A DNA stretch of 64,000 bases, taken from NCBI GenBank assembly GCA_012517325.1, contig JAAYVF010000132.1:9665-73664 (forward strand), read 5' to 3'. Below the pieces are notes generated by a model. It searched no databases. It was given only the letters and a program-made list of their open reading frames with translations, and was not told the DNA's origin. Origin of the DNA: Myxococcales bacterium (GTDB taxonomy: Bacteria; Lernaellota; Lernaellaia; Lernaellales; Lernaellaceae). The translations under genes were made by a program, and so were the position numbers. Numbering within the stretch: position 1 is the first letter of the stretch; every line of letters starts with the position of its first letter. Below are positions 43,765 to 56,291 of this stretch, piece by piece.

Positions 43765-44955
43765 TCACCGCCGGAAGGCGGCGACGACCTTGTGGACGGC
43801 GGTCACCACGTCGTCGCGGTCGGCGGCGGTCAGGCCGACGAACAAGGGGAGGCTGATTTCGCGGGCGAAGAAGGTTTCGGCGCCGGGAGTCAGCGCCGGA
43901 TCGTAGCCGAGGCCGCGATAAAACGGATGGCGCGGCACCGGAATGTAGTGCACCTGAACGCCGATCCCCTCGGCGCGCAGCGCCGCGAAGAGCGTCCGCT
44001 TGTCGCAGGTCAGCGCGTCCATATCGAAGAGCAGCGGATAGAGGTGATAGGCGCAGGTGCGTTTTTCGTCGACCGGCAGGAAAGCCACGCCGGGCAGCGC
44101 GGCGAACTCGCGGTCGTACGCGGCGGCGTGCTCGCGCCGGACGCGTAGGAACTCGTCGAGCTTGCCGAGCTGCGACAGGCCGAGCGCGGCCTGAAAATCC
44201 GTCAGCCGGTAGTTGAAGCCGAGAAAGCGCATTTCGTAATGCCAGCCGCCCTCGCGCTCCACCGCCGCCGGGTCCTTCGCGATGCCGTGCGTGCGGAAAC
44301 AACGCAGCCGTTCGGCGTATTCGGGGTTGTCGGTCAGCACCATCCCACCCTCGCCGGTCGTCAGGTGCTTCACCGGATGGAAGCTGAAACAGGCCAGGTG
44401 TCCCCAGCGGCCAGCCGGTTTGCCGCGAAACAGCGCGCCGGGCGCATGGCAGGCGTCCTCGATCACGATCAGCCGCCGGCTTTCGGCCAGGGCCATGATC
44501 TCGTCCAGGTCGGCCGGCAACCCGGCGTAATGGACCGGCAGCACGGCGCGGGTCCGGGTGCCGAGCGCTTTTTTCAGGGAGGCGACCGAAATCAGGCCCG
44601 TGCGCGGATCGACATCGGCGAACGCCGGCCGGGCGCCGACGTAGAGCGCGGCGTTGGCGGTCGCGGCGAAGGTGATGGCGGGAACGACGGCTTCGTCGCC
44701 GGGTCCGAGGCCGGCGGCAAAGCAGGCGGCGTGCAAGGCGGCGGTGCCGTTGGCGAAGGCGACGGCGTGGGCCGCGCCGAAGCGGGCGGCGAAGGCATCC
44801 TCGAAGCGCGCGATCGCCGGCCCCTGGGTCAGCCAATCGCCGGCGAGCACTTCGTGCACGGCGGCGCGGTCGGCCTCGTCGATCGCCTGCCGGCCGTAGG
44901 GAAGAAGTTCACGCCGCACCGGCCGGCCGCCATGGATCGCCAAAGGTTCGTTCAC
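43765..44955 (-). CDS. DegT/DnrJ/EryC1 family PLP-dependent sugar aminotransferase (PseC-like)
   Basis: LPYGRQAIDEADRAAV...LTQGP...FE... resembles the PseC N-terminus. The PLP-lysine region is FSFHPVKHLTTGEGG. Confidence 0.7.
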   Translation of the reverse strand: MNEPLAIHGGRPVRRELLPYGRQAIDEADRAAVHEVLAGDWLTQGPAIARFEDAFAARFGAAHAVAFANGTAALHAACFAAGLGPGDEAVVPAITFAATANAALYVGARPAFADVDPRTGLISVASLKKALGTRTRAVLPVHYAGLPADLDEIMALAESRRLIVIEDACHAPGALFRGKPAGRWGHLACFSFHPVKHLTTGEGGMVLTDNPEYAERLRCFRTHGIAKDPAAVEREGGWHYEMRFLGFNYRLTDFQAALGLSQLGKLDEFLRVRREHAAAYDREFAALPGVAFLPVDEKRTCAYHLYPLLFDMDALTCDKRTLFAALRAEGIGVQVHYIPVPRHPFYRGLGYDPALTPGAETFFAREISLPLFVGLTAADRDDVVTAVHKVVAAFRR

Positions 44956-45031
44956 CGGATTCCTCGCGGTAGAGGTTAGTCGAGACGGACTTCGCGGCGA
45001 GGCGGCGCGACGGAAAATCGGCGCCCGGCGG

Positions 45032-45769
45032 TTACTCTTCCTTTTGGAAGGTCGCCGTTTCCTCTTCGCTTTCCTGATAAACCAGCGAGTCCTGATAGGC
45101 GTTTTGCAATTTCAGTTGTTTCGGATCGATGCCCGCCAGCACGGTGCCGATGAGCAGCGATTTTTCGAACACCGCTCCGCTCAGATTGGCGTTCGCCAGG
45201 TTCGTGGCGAGCAGCCGGGTGCGCGTCAGGTCGGCGAAACTCAGGTCGATGCCTTCCATTTCGGCGCAATCCAGATCGGCGTTGGTGAAGTTGGCGTTTT
45301 TCAGCTGGCAATTGCGAAACGCGCAAAGCGACAGGCTGGTCTGGGTAAAATCGGCGCCGTTGAAATTCGCGCCCTGGAAGAGCGAATTCTGCAGATCGCA
45401 TTCTTTGAACAGCGCCCGCTCGCAATTGACGCGATTGAGGTGGCACAACCGCCACTTCGCGCTTTGCACCTTGACCTCGATCATTTCGCAATCGCGGAAG
45501 ATGATGCCCTGCGCCGCGGTCTTGGTGAACGAGGCACCGCTCAGGCCGCAGCCCAGGAAAAAAGCGCGGTCGAGGTTGCCGTGGCTGAAATCGACGTCGT
45601 TGAAGATGCATTTCTCGAATTGGGTGAGGTTCATCGTCGAGCCGCGTAGGTCGGCGCCGGTAAAATCCACTTCGACCAGATACAACCCGCTCAGGTCGAC
45701 CTTGGTCAGCTTTTTGTCGCTGGCCAGGCGGGACTGCACGTCATCTTTTGTCAGTTTGAGCAAGGACAT
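45032..45769 (-). CDS. Pentapeptide-repeat protein
   Basis: Tandem A(D/N)LxG/F pentapeptides run throughout (ADLRGSTMNLTQFEKCIFNDVDFSHGNLD...). Confidence 0.75.
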   Translation of the reverse strand: MSLLKLTKDDVQSRLASDKKLTKVDLSGLYLVEVDFTGADLRGSTMNLTQFEKCIFNDVDFSHGNLDRAFFLGCGLSGASFTKTAAQGIIFRDCEMIEVKVQSAKWRLCHLNRVNCERALFKECDLQNSLFQGANFNGADFTQTSLSLCAFRNCQLKNANFTNADLDCAEMEGIDLSFADLTRTRLLATNLANANLSGAVFEKSLLIGTVLAGIDPKQLKLQNAYQDSLVYQESEEETATFQKEE

Positions 45770-47270
45770 GTTCGTGGTCCATGAACGGCAAGACGTCGAT
45801 GTTGCCGTCGTTGTTGGTCAGCGTGGCGTAGGTGATCGCCTTTTTCACGTTCATCGAAGCCAGTTGGATATTGACCTCCACGTTGGGGAAAAGCTGGTTG
45901 ACGATGTGCAAATGGCTCTTTTTGTTGATGTAGACGCTTTCGTAAAGCGCCGTCAGCTCGATGGCCTCGTTCATCGCGGTCAGGCGCATTTTCGTCATCG
46001 TCAGCAGCAGGCGCTGGTACAATTCCTCGCGGTCCTGGTCCAGCTTGCCGCCCAGCCGTCCTTTTTCGCGCTGGATGAAAAACAGGCTTTTGCGCAACTG
46101 GTCGAGCGTGTTGAAGCGCTTTTCCACCACCCCTTCCAACTCGGCGATCCGGTCCAGGTCTTCTTTGGAGACGCCGACCATGATCTTGGTCGGAATTTCC
46201 ATCTCGCCGCCGATGTTGTTGCAGTGGATTTCCTCGGTCGCGGAGGCGTTGCCGCCCAAGATGCGGCCGCGGTTGGGATTCTCGTTGACGACGTGGATCG
46301 ATTTTCCGGCGCGCAGCGTGCTGTTGCGCGAATACTCCTCGATGAAGATGTTCTTCGCGGCGCGCAGGTCGGCGTCCTGCGTGAATTTGGCGTAGATGTT
46401 GCCTTCCTTGGATTCGACCTTCGCGTGGCCCTTGCCGAAGACGCCGCCGACGATGGCGATCTCGCCCAGTGCCTTGACCTGCGAGGCGCCGACGCTGCCC
46501 ATGATGCGCACGTCGGCGGTGCTGTCGATGACGAACCCGTCCTCGACGATGCCTTTTACCACCACCGTGCCCTTGAAGCGGATGTTGCCGGTTTCGGAAT
46601 TGATGTTTTCCAGTTCGATGATGTTTTCGACGCTGATCTGGTCGTTGCGGTAGATCACCTGGCCGGCGATTTCGCTGTACCACTTGAGGCCGGCCTCGTC
46701 CATGCGCACGCCCTTGCCGGCCCGGATGCGCAGATCCTTGCCCTTCACCTGACGGATCACCTTGCCGGTGATCGTGCGGCCCGGCGTACCGTCGGTGGGC
46801 GGAATTTTTTCCAGCAGCATTTCGTCGGGTTCGGTGTTGATGATCTTGCTCAGTTCCTTGAAATCGACCCGGTTGAAATTGTCGATGCTGGTATCCTGGC
46901 GATGGATAAATTTATCGAAATGGTAAACGAGCTGGGCGTCGATGCCGTTCTGGGGTTCGTCGCCGACGGCGACGGTCACCGGCTTCATGTACTGTTTTTC
47001 GAGGACGATTTTTTGCAGCGCTTCCTCGTCGATGCCGTGGACGATTTTCTTGTCGGCGATCGACTTTTTCAGCATTTCGACGGTGATGTGATTGCCGGTG
47101 CCGGTGGGCGGAATGACCTGAACGGTCGCCCGCATGTCGTTGTTCAGACGTTCGACGATCGCTTCGGCCGGATGGCTGTCGAGGCCGCCGAGCTTGTCTT
47201 TTTTTTCGCCCGCCGAAGAAGCCGCGGCTTCCGGCGCCGGCGATTGCTCTTTTTCCGGCTCGTCGCTCAA
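45741..47270 (-). CDS. FapA/DUF342 family protein (flagellar assembly protein A-like beta-helix)
   Basis: Repetitive G-x-V/I-x-I-x-G beta-helix turns are visible (GTVVVKGIVEDGFVIDSTADVRIMGSVG...GEIAIVGGVFGKGHAKV). The last 29 nt overlap the downstream pentapeptide gene. Confidence 0.55.
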   Translation of the reverse strand: MSDEPEKEQSPAPEAAASSAGEKKDKLGGLDSHPAEAIVERLNNDMRATVQVIPPTGTGNHITVEMLKKSIADKKIVHGIDEEALQKIVLEKQYMKPVTVAVGDEPQNGIDAQLVYHFDKFIHRQDTSIDNFNRVDFKELSKIINTEPDEMLLEKIPPTDGTPGRTITGKVIRQVKGKDLRIRAGKGVRMDEAGLKWYSEIAGQVIYRNDQISVENIIELENINSETGNIRFKGTVVVKGIVEDGFVIDSTADVRIMGSVGASQVKALGEIAIVGGVFGKGHAKVESKEGNIYAKFTQDADLRAAKNIFIEEYSRNSTLRAGKSIHVVNENPNRGRILGGNASATEEIHCNNIGGEMEIPTKIMVGVSKEDLDRIAELEGVVEKRFNTLDQLRKSLFFIQREKGRLGGKLDQDREELYQRLLLTMTKMRLTAMNEAIELTALYESVYINKKSHLHIVNQLFPNVEVNIQLASMNVKKAITYATLTNNDGNIDVLPFMDHEHVLAQTDKR

Positions 47271-47325
47271 TCGTTCCTCCCACGACGTTTAGTTTTATCG
47301 GCACACCGGTATATTAACCAAGTAT

Positions 47326-50086
<2,761 letters not shown>

Positions 50087-50509
50087 TTAGTCCGCGTTCA
50101 CCGCCTGTGCATCCAGTGCCGGTTCCAGGCGCAGATGAATTTTTACCCGCCGGATCAAGTCGATCAGATCGAAAGGTTTGGCGATAAAATCGACCGCTCC
50201 GCAGCTTCTGCCGTATTTGATCGTTTCGTCGTCATGCCGGCCGCTGATGAAAATAATCGGGATCGACCGGTACTCGGGCATTTGATGGATCAACCGGCAC
50301 AGTTCGAAGCCGTCGATCCAGCTCATGTGAATGTCGAGCAATATCAAATCCGGGCGGGCGACCTCCAAACAGGCGACCAATTTCAGGCCATTGGGTACGC
50401 TGCTGGCCCGAAAACCGGCATTAACCAGAGTTTTTTCCAATAATTCGCGCATCAACTCGTCGTCGTCGACGATTAAAATCCTCTTTTTCCGACGTTTGTT
50501 GCCGGACAT
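50087..50509 (-). CDS. Single-domain CheY-like response regulator
   Basis: The receiver has the acidic pocket DDDE, the phospho-Asp in LILLDIHM, the conserved Ser/Thr (FISG) and the Lys (AKPF). Confidence 0.8.
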   Translation of the reverse strand: MSGNKRRKKRILIVDDDELMRELLEKTLVNAGFRASSVPNGLKLVACLEVARPDLILLDIHMSWIDGFELCRLIHQMPEYRSIPIIFISGRHDDETIKYGRSCGAVDFIAKPFDLIDLIRRVKIHLRLEPALDAQAVNAD

Positions 50510-50678
50510 GATGCATTCGCCCCCGGGTTGGTCGCCTTTTTAACACCCAACGCTTTTTCAGGCAATCCATTGGCGAATGAAAAAGCGTTACGTGGAAAAA
50601 GCGGTTTCCGAGAAAAAACAATTGCATAGTCTATCGGTAAATACTATTAAGAGATTGAACTAAATCGATGTTTTCAAA

Positions 50679-51902
50679 ATGGAAATCCGCAAAATGCTCA
50701 CAAAGTCGGTTTTTTGGATTGTTTCGACGATCTGGCTGCCGGTTCTTTTCGTTTTTCCAGCCGTTGCCGGAGCGAATTCGCACACGACCGTGGCGCGTTT
50801 CGAGAAGCCGGCAGCGACCGCGCTCGATGTTTTCGACGATTTCCAGCCGCCCGACGAACGCGGCCCCTACGAGGTGGGCGTCACCACCACTTATCTGACC
50901 GACACGAGCCGCTGGGAAGACCAGGATGAGATGTATCGCACCCTGCCGCTGGAAATCTGGTATCCCGCGTCCGGCGACGACGCCCCGGTCAACACCGTCG
51001 AGGACATGATCGGCGAAGTGCCCAAGTGGGGCCTGAACGAACTGAAATTGTACTACGAGGATTCGCTCGACGAACTGCTGTCGATGACCACCAGCGCCCG
51101 CCGCGACGCGCCGCCGCTGACCGAAGAAGGCCCCTTCCCCGTGCTCTTGTTCAGCCACGGCTTGACGGCCATTCGCTTCCAAAACTTCACCCTTTGCGAG
51201 CACCTGGCCAGTCACGGGTTCATCGTCGTGGCGCCCGATCATTTCGGCAACGCGGTCTTCACCAATGTACCCGGCGACGACGTGATCATTTTCGAACCGC
51301 TCAGCCTGATCACCGGCCTGGTCGACCGGCCGCTCGACGTAAATTTCGTCTATCAATCCCTGCTCAACGGTGGACGCGACCGGTTCATGCCGTTCGAACT
51401 GCCGCTGGATCTGGACACCTTCGCCGTGGTCGGCCACAGCTACGGCGGCCTGACGGCCATGCTCGCGGGCCCGATTTACGATTACATCGACGCCATCGTG
51501 CCGCTCAACCCGTTCTTCCTGGATTTTTATCCGCCCTGGTTCACCAAGCCCGTGCTGATGCTGCAAAGCGAAATGGACGAGGTCGTGGGCATGGTCAACG
51601 ACGCCGCGCGCGGCGCGTTCAATAAAATGAACTCCGACCGAAAAATCCACCTTTTCCTTTACGCCGGCAGCCATTTCAGCGCGACCGACGCCTGCCGGCT
51701 TTTTCCGCCGAAGATGATTTATCCGTCGATGGGCTGCGGTTCGCCGGAACGGATCGACTTCGTGCTGGCCAATCAGATCGCCCTCTCCTACATCACCGCG
51801 TTTCTCAAATCGGTGTTGCTGGGCGACGACCGCTACGACGAATACCTGTTGGCCAACCACTTCCCCGACAACATCGAGCTGACGACCGTCTGGCCGGAAT
51901 GA
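50679..51902 (+). CDS. Secreted alpha/beta hydrolase (PAF-acetylhydrolase/dienelactone-hydrolase-like)
   Basis: It has a signal peptide. GHSYGG is the nucleophile elbow, and LLFSHGL is an oxyanion-hole region. An alternative start lies at 50694. Confidence 0.55.
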   Translation: MEIRKMLTKSVFWIVSTIWLPVLFVFPAVAGANSHTTVARFEKPAATALDVFDDFQPPDERGPYEVGVTTTYLTDTSRWEDQDEMYRTLPLEIWYPASGDDAPVNTVEDMIGEVPKWGLNELKLYYEDSLDELLSMTTSARRDAPPLTEEGPFPVLLFSHGLTAIRFQNFTLCEHLASHGFIVVAPDHFGNAVFTNVPGDDVIIFEPLSLITGLVDRPLDVNFVYQSLLNGGRDRFMPFELPLDLDTFAVVGHSYGGLTAMLAGPIYDYIDAIVPLNPFFLDFYPPWFTKPVLMLQSEMDEVVGMVNDAARGAFNKMNSDRKIHLFLYAGSHFSATDACRLFPPKMIYPSMGCGSPERIDFVLANQIALSYITAFLKSVLLGDDRYDEYLLANHFPDNIELTTVWPE

Positions 51903-51986
51903 TTGACAGCGCGGAAGCGGGTTTTTTATGATCGCCTGGCCACACCGCCCGGACGATGGTTAAATTGCCGAAAAAGGGGTTCGCCG

Positions 51987-52253
51987 ATGACAACGAACAC
52001 GACGCAAAAACCGACCCTGTACATCATCACCACTTGCCCGCGCTGTCGCCGGGTAAAGGAATTTCTGGAACAACTGGGAATCGACTACGACCTGGTGCCG
52101 GTCGATCTGATGTCGCGCGAAGAGCGCATGGCCATCGTGGAAAAATTCCGCCAGTTCCACCCGGTGGTGTCTTTTCCGATCATTGAAACGGGCGATACCA
52201 TTCTGATCGGCACCAACCCGGATGAAGTGCGTCAGGTTTTCGGAGGAATGTAA
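51987..52253 (+). CDS. Glutaredoxin/NrdH-like small redoxin (CPRC active site)
   Basis: LYIITTCPRCRRVKEFL with a thioredoxin-fold-length sequence. A GGGG SD lies 8 nt upstream. Confidence 0.6.
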   Translation: MTTNTTQKPTLYIITTCPRCRRVKEFLEQLGIDYDLVPVDLMSREERMAIVEKFRQFHPVVSFPIIETGDTILIGTNPDEVRQVFGGM

Positions 52254-52594
52254 TGGCCAAACCGCAAAACGCGGAACAATATTTCGAAGTCTTCCGCGTG
52301 CACTGCGAACGCAAGGGAATGCATTTCAATCCCAACATTGAAATCACCTGGTCGCTGGTCGAAGGCCTTTGGACCAACAAAAACCGTTACGGCTATCCGA
52401 GTTGTCCCTGCCGCCTGGCTTGCGAGGAACTCGAGAAAGACCGCGACATCATCTGTCCGTGCGAATACGCGCCGGCCGACATCGCGGAATTCGGCCAGTG
52501 CTATTGCGGTCTTTTCGTCAACCAGAAGTACCTGGAAGGCAAAATGGAGTTGCGCCTGACGCCGGAACGCCGGCCGTTCGAAAAAATGTGCTAG
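52253..52594 (+). CDS. Ferredoxin:thioredoxin reductase catalytic-subunit-like protein (CPC...CPC...CYC variant)
   Basis: SCPCRLACEELEKDRDIICPCEY...QCYCGLF has the FTR-B Cys pattern, with Tyr replacing the usual His. Its ATG overlaps the upstream TAA. Confidence 0.6.
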   Translation: MAKPQNAEQYFEVFRVHCERKGMHFNPNIEITWSLVEGLWTNKNRYGYPSCPCRLACEELEKDRDIICPCEYAPADIAEFGQCYCGLFVNQKYLEGKMELRLTPERRPFEKMC

Positions 52595-53124
52595 GCGCCG
52601 TCCAACCCGCCCTTTTCCCGTTCGCGGAACCACGCATTCGGATCGGTCAGGTAAAGCTTCATATCGGCCAATAGTTCGTGGTGCAGTTCTTCCTCGGCCA
52701 CCATCGCCCGGATGAATTCGCGCTCCAGTTCGTTTTGCGCGTGGGCCAGGTGTTCGCGGTAGAAATTAACGGCTTTCAATTCGAAATCGAGCCCGACGTC
52801 GATCGCCTCGAGATCGCCGGCCTCCGCGGACAGCCGCTGGCGATGCTCCTCTGCCAGTCGGTGGAAGATTTGCGATAGGTCGCGCTGTTGGACCGTGACG
52901 ATCTTCCAGTCGTCGGTCCAGTCCTGCCCGCCGGAAAGCTGCTGAAAGAGCCGCTGGATGCGTTCGACGTGGGTGATCTCGTCCTCTTTCAGCATCTGGA
53001 AAATGCGGCGGCCCAATTCGTTGCCGGAAGTCGCCACGACTTTTTCGTAGAATTGATACCCTTTTTCTTCCATCGACAGGGCGGTTTTCAGCATGCCCAA
53101 CGCCCGTTCGTTCTTTTCAGCCAT
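52591..53124 (-). CDS. Rubrerythrin-like ferritin-fold diiron protein (no rubredoxin domain)
   Basis: It has two E...ExxH motifs (EDEITHVER, EEELHHELL) in four-helix-bundle spacing. Confidence 0.6.
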   Translation of the reverse strand: MAEKNERALGMLKTALSMEEKGYQFYEKVVATSGNELGRRIFQMLKEDEITHVERIQRLFQQLSGGQDWTDDWKIVTVQQRDLSQIFHRLAEEHRQRLSAEAGDLEAIDVGLDFELKAVNFYREHLAHAQNELEREFIRAMVAEEELHHELLADMKLYLTDPNAWFREREKGGLDGA

Positions 53125-53236
53125 GATTCCTCCAAGCGATTGCGGTTCACGATTGATCGTTTGATTCCTGATTTTCCTCGAATATAACCTCTTTTTCGCC
53201 GTCTGCCGCGATGGACCGGCCGGCGGCGGAAAAAAT

Positions 53237-53794
53237 TTACCGCCGGCTGACGATCTCCGCTGCAGCCTTGCGCAGGCGCGGCTTTCGGGCCAGATCCCGG
53301 GCGTATTCCGGCAAGTGGTCCTCGTCGGCCGACGGATAACCCACGGCGATCATCACCAGCGGTTGCGCGCTTTCCGGCAAGGCGAACAACTCCTTCGCCT
53401 TGGCGGGATTGAAGCCGGCCATCGGGCGGGCGACCAGCCGCCGCGTCGTCGCGGCCAGCAGCATACTCATGACCGACATTCCCAGGTCGAACTGATGATA
53501 CTTCCGGCCGTCCGGATTGGCGCAATCGTCGGCTTCCGCGGAATAACCGATGATCAACAGTGGCGCACGGCCGGCCCATTTGGCATTACCGGCAGACAGG
53601 CAGGCGATCGCCTTTTCCCGGCCCGCCTCGCTCAAGCAAAACAAAAATCGCCAGGGCTGGTTGTTGTAACAAGAAGGAGTCAGGCGGATGGCTTCGCTCA
53701 GTTCGTCCACGATTTCCTCGGCGAACGGTTCGACGGCGATGGCGCGCGTCGCGTATCGCTCCTGAAGCAGGCGGATGACCACGTTCTCGTCCAT
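53237..53794 (-). CDS. Nitroreductase family protein
   Basis: LTPSCYNNQPWRF is the FMN-binding signature region. Confidence 0.75.
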   Translation of the reverse strand: MDENVVIRLLQERYATRAIAVEPFAEEIVDELSEAIRLTPSCYNNQPWRFLFCLSEAGREKAIACLSAGNAKWAGRAPLLIIGYSAEADDCANPDGRKYHQFDLGMSVMSMLLAATTRRLVARPMAGFNPAKAKELFALPESAQPLVMIAVGYPSADEDHLPEYARDLARKPRLRKAAAEIVSRR

Positions 53795-53819
53795 CGCAGC
53801 TCCTTTCCCCCGCGACCGC

Positions 53820-54746
53820 TCAGCCGGTCGGTTGCAGAATGAATTTCTCCACCAGGTGGTGCGGATGATAGCTTTCCTTCGCCTGACGCAGGCCCGGCAG
53901 GCCCAAATCCTGCTCGCGATTGACGAACGTCATTGCGGCCAGCGCCTTTTCGCAAAACAAGCGGTTGAGCGCCTGATAAACGCCGGGATATTGCGTGGTG
54001 CCTTTTTCGAAGTGAATCACCGCCGTGTCGGCGGTCAACCGCTCGGCGACGGTGAAGGCCAGAATCCGCCGCGGGCCGTCGGCGGTGAGCAAGGCGCCGC
54101 CGAAAAGCGGTAGTCGGTCCCAATATTCCAGGGCGCGGCAGACCGCCTCGTTTTCGGCGTCCAGGTCGGGATGTTCGCTGCATTCCCGCACCTCGCACCA
54201 ATCCTTTTGCATCTCCAGGCAGAACGCGACCAGATCGGCATCGAGCGGCTGGTAAACGGCGGCGACCGATTTTTCGAATTTTTTAATCAGGTTTCGCTTG
54301 CCGTCGAATTTGCGGCCGCTCAGGGTCGCCAGTTCCTCGCGGAGATAGACGTAATCGGCCTGATCGCGGTCGGCGACGAGCGACAGTTCCGGATCGACGG
54401 CGTGCAATCGGTGCGCGGCGCTCGCGGGCAGCCGGGCGAATCGCGGCGCGCCGCCCATGGCGGCGGCCCAGGCCAAGACCGCGCGGATGCCGATCCGGTC
54501 GAGCGGTTCGCCGTACGGCGGCAACAGATAGCCGCGCTCGCGCGGGCCGCGCCAGAGCAACAGCGTATTTCGCCAGCGCGCCAGAAAAACGGGGTGCGAC
54601 CCGCTCCAGGCGAAGAGGTTGGTGAAGGTCATTTCGGAGGTGCCGGACGGTTCGGTGGCGAACCGCGCGGCGAGAAAAGGCTGATCCGCGAGAGCCAACG
54701 GCCGGCACGCGGGCAGTTCGGGCACCTGCGACAAAAATTCCAACAT
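53820..54746 (-). CDS. DUF2156 domain protein (MprF C-terminal aminoacyl-lipid synthase-like domain, standalone)
   Basis: DYVYLREELATLSGRKFDGKRNLIKKF matches the conserved DUF2156/LPG-synthase C-domain block. Confidence 0.6.
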   Translation of the reverse strand: MLEFLSQVPELPACRPLALADQPFLAARFATEPSGTSEMTFTNLFAWSGSHPVFLARWRNTLLLWRGPRERGYLLPPYGEPLDRIGIRAVLAWAAAMGGAPRFARLPASAAHRLHAVDPELSLVADRDQADYVYLREELATLSGRKFDGKRNLIKKFEKSVAAVYQPLDADLVAFCLEMQKDWCEVRECSEHPDLDAENEAVCRALEYWDRLPLFGGALLTADGPRRILAFTVAERLTADTAVIHFEKGTTQYPGVYQALNRLFCEKALAAMTFVNREQDLGLPGLRQAKESYHPHHLVEKFILQPTG

Positions 54747-54769
54747 GGTCGTCTCGCTGAAAGTCGGCG

Positions 54770-54952
54770 CTAGTATTGTACTTTTTTCGTCCAGGTATTT
54801 TCAAAGGTTTTATTGCGCTGAGCCCACATCGTCCAGGCGGTGACGACCGAGCGCTTCAGTTCCGGCCAGCTTTTAATTCGCCAGAGCGCCTTCAAGATGT
54901 AACGCGGCCGGAAATAAAAAGCCAGATAGGCCTTCCGCGTCCAGGCCTGCAC
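54770..54952 (-). CDS. Possible small basic Trp/Lys-rich protein (60 aa, GTG start 3 nt after the upstream stop)
   Basis: MQAWTRKAYLAFYFRPRYILKALWRIKSWPELKRSVVTAWTMWAQRNKTFENTWTKKVQY. It lies in a low-GC stretch. Coding status is uncertain. Confidence 0.3.
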   Translation of the reverse strand: MQAWTRKAYLAFYFRPRYILKALWRIKSWPELKRSVVTAWTMWAQRNKTFENTWTKKVQY

Positions 54953-54955
54953 TTC

Positions 54956-56257
54956 TTACTCGGTCAGGCTCGTATTGGGCCGCGGCAGGAAAATATCTTT
55001 GGCCTCGTCGAGGATGTACTCGCGCCAATAGTCTTTTCGCCCGTCGGCGATCAACATCCGGTACAACTCGGTGGCCGGCATGGGCGTCACCTTGGAAAAC
55101 TGCGCGAAATCCAGCTTGAGATCGATGGCGAATCGCGTGGTCTTTTGAATCGTCTCCGCCGTTTCGCCCGGGCTGCCGATCATGAAGTAGCCAAAGGTGT
55201 CGATCTTGTGTTTGCGGGTCAGGCCGATGACCTCGGTGATCCGTTCGAGCTTGGTTTCCTTGCGCAGCGTCAGCAGGATTTGCGGGTCGGCCGATTCGAT
55301 TCCATAGTAAATCCGCTTGCAACCGGCGCCCTTCAGCGCGATCAGCATTTCCTCGTCGACCAGGTCGACGCGGCTGCGGATCGCCCAACAGATTTTAATG
55401 TTCCGTCGTCGGATTTCCTCGCAAATGCCGATGACCCGCCGTTTGTCGACCGTGAACGACGAGTCGAAAAAATCGAACTCGCGCGCCTTATAGACGTGGT
55501 AACACTCCTCGATCTCGTCGGCGACGTTCGCGGGCGTACGTGGCCGAAACTTCATGCCGCCCTGCTCGCAGAAAATGCAATGAAACGGGCAGCCGCGGCT
55601 GGTGATCATCGGCGTGAAATTGCGGAACTGGCTGATGAAGCTGAAATAGCGGTCGTTGGGCAGCAGGTGGCGCGCCGGAAACGGCGCCAGGTTCACATCG
55701 TCGAGCGGCGCCGCGCATTCGTTGACCGCTACGCGATCGCCGTCGCGCCAGATCACGCCCTTGACCCGCCCGAGGTCGCCGCCTTCGTTCAGCGTCCGGA
55801 GAAACGGCGGCAGGACGACCTCGGCCTCGCCGGTGCAGCCGTAATCGATGCTGTGATGGCTGAAGGTTTCCTCGGGATAGATGCCCATGTGGACGCCGCC
55901 GAGCAGCGTCGGCACCTGCAGGGCCTCGCGCAACGCGCGGACCCAGGCGAGCGTCTGGTAAAACAGATAAGTCGTGATCGTGAACGCCAGCAGGTCGGGC
56001 TGGAACGCCTTGACGCGACGGATGGTTTCCTCGAGCGACAGCTCCAGCGCGTTGGCGTCGATGAACTGGATTTGATAGCCCTCGCGTTCCGCGACGGCGG
56101 CGACGTAGGCCAGCGAGAGCGAGGGAAACACGCCGTAGTTTTCCTTGACGGCGCGGATGCCGGGCTCGTTTTTCACCACGCCATAGGGCGGATAAACGAA
56201 ACTGATACGTCGGACGGCGCGGCGCGGCAATGGCTGGGCTCGTTGTGGCGTGGTCAC
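54956..56257 (-). CDS. B12-binding radical SAM protein (third copy in window, no C-terminal extension)
   Basis: An N-terminal B12-binding Rossmann region precedes the motif GCPFHCIFC. Length is 433 aa. Confidence 0.75.
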   Translation of the reverse strand: MTTPQRAQPLPRRAVRRISFVYPPYGVVKNEPGIRAVKENYGVFPSLSLAYVAAVAEREGYQIQFIDANALELSLEETIRRVKAFQPDLLAFTITTYLFYQTLAWVRALREALQVPTLLGGVHMGIYPEETFSHHSIDYGCTGEAEVVLPPFLRTLNEGGDLGRVKGVIWRDGDRVAVNECAAPLDDVNLAPFPARHLLPNDRYFSFISQFRNFTPMITSRGCPFHCIFCEQGGMKFRPRTPANVADEIEECYHVYKAREFDFFDSSFTVDKRRVIGICEEIRRRNIKICWAIRSRVDLVDEEMLIALKGAGCKRIYYGIESADPQILLTLRKETKLERITEVIGLTRKHKIDTFGYFMIGSPGETAETIQKTTRFAIDLKLDFAQFSKVTPMPATELYRMLIADGRKDYWREYILDEAKDIFLPRPNTSLTE

Positions 56258-56291
56258 CGGCCGACTCCCCGATGTTTCACCGTCGCGGTTT

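Noticed and set aside
43792-44979. Plus-strand ORFs 43792..44148, 44239..44979 and 44654..44899
   Set aside because: They are antisense to the DegT-family aminotransferase gene, which has clear PLP-enzyme motifs.
51903-51986. N-terminal extension of the glutaredoxin-like ORF (start 51903)
   Set aside because: The SD-supported ATG is at 51987, just before the CPRC active site. The extension has no hydrophobic signal and overlaps the upstream stop region.
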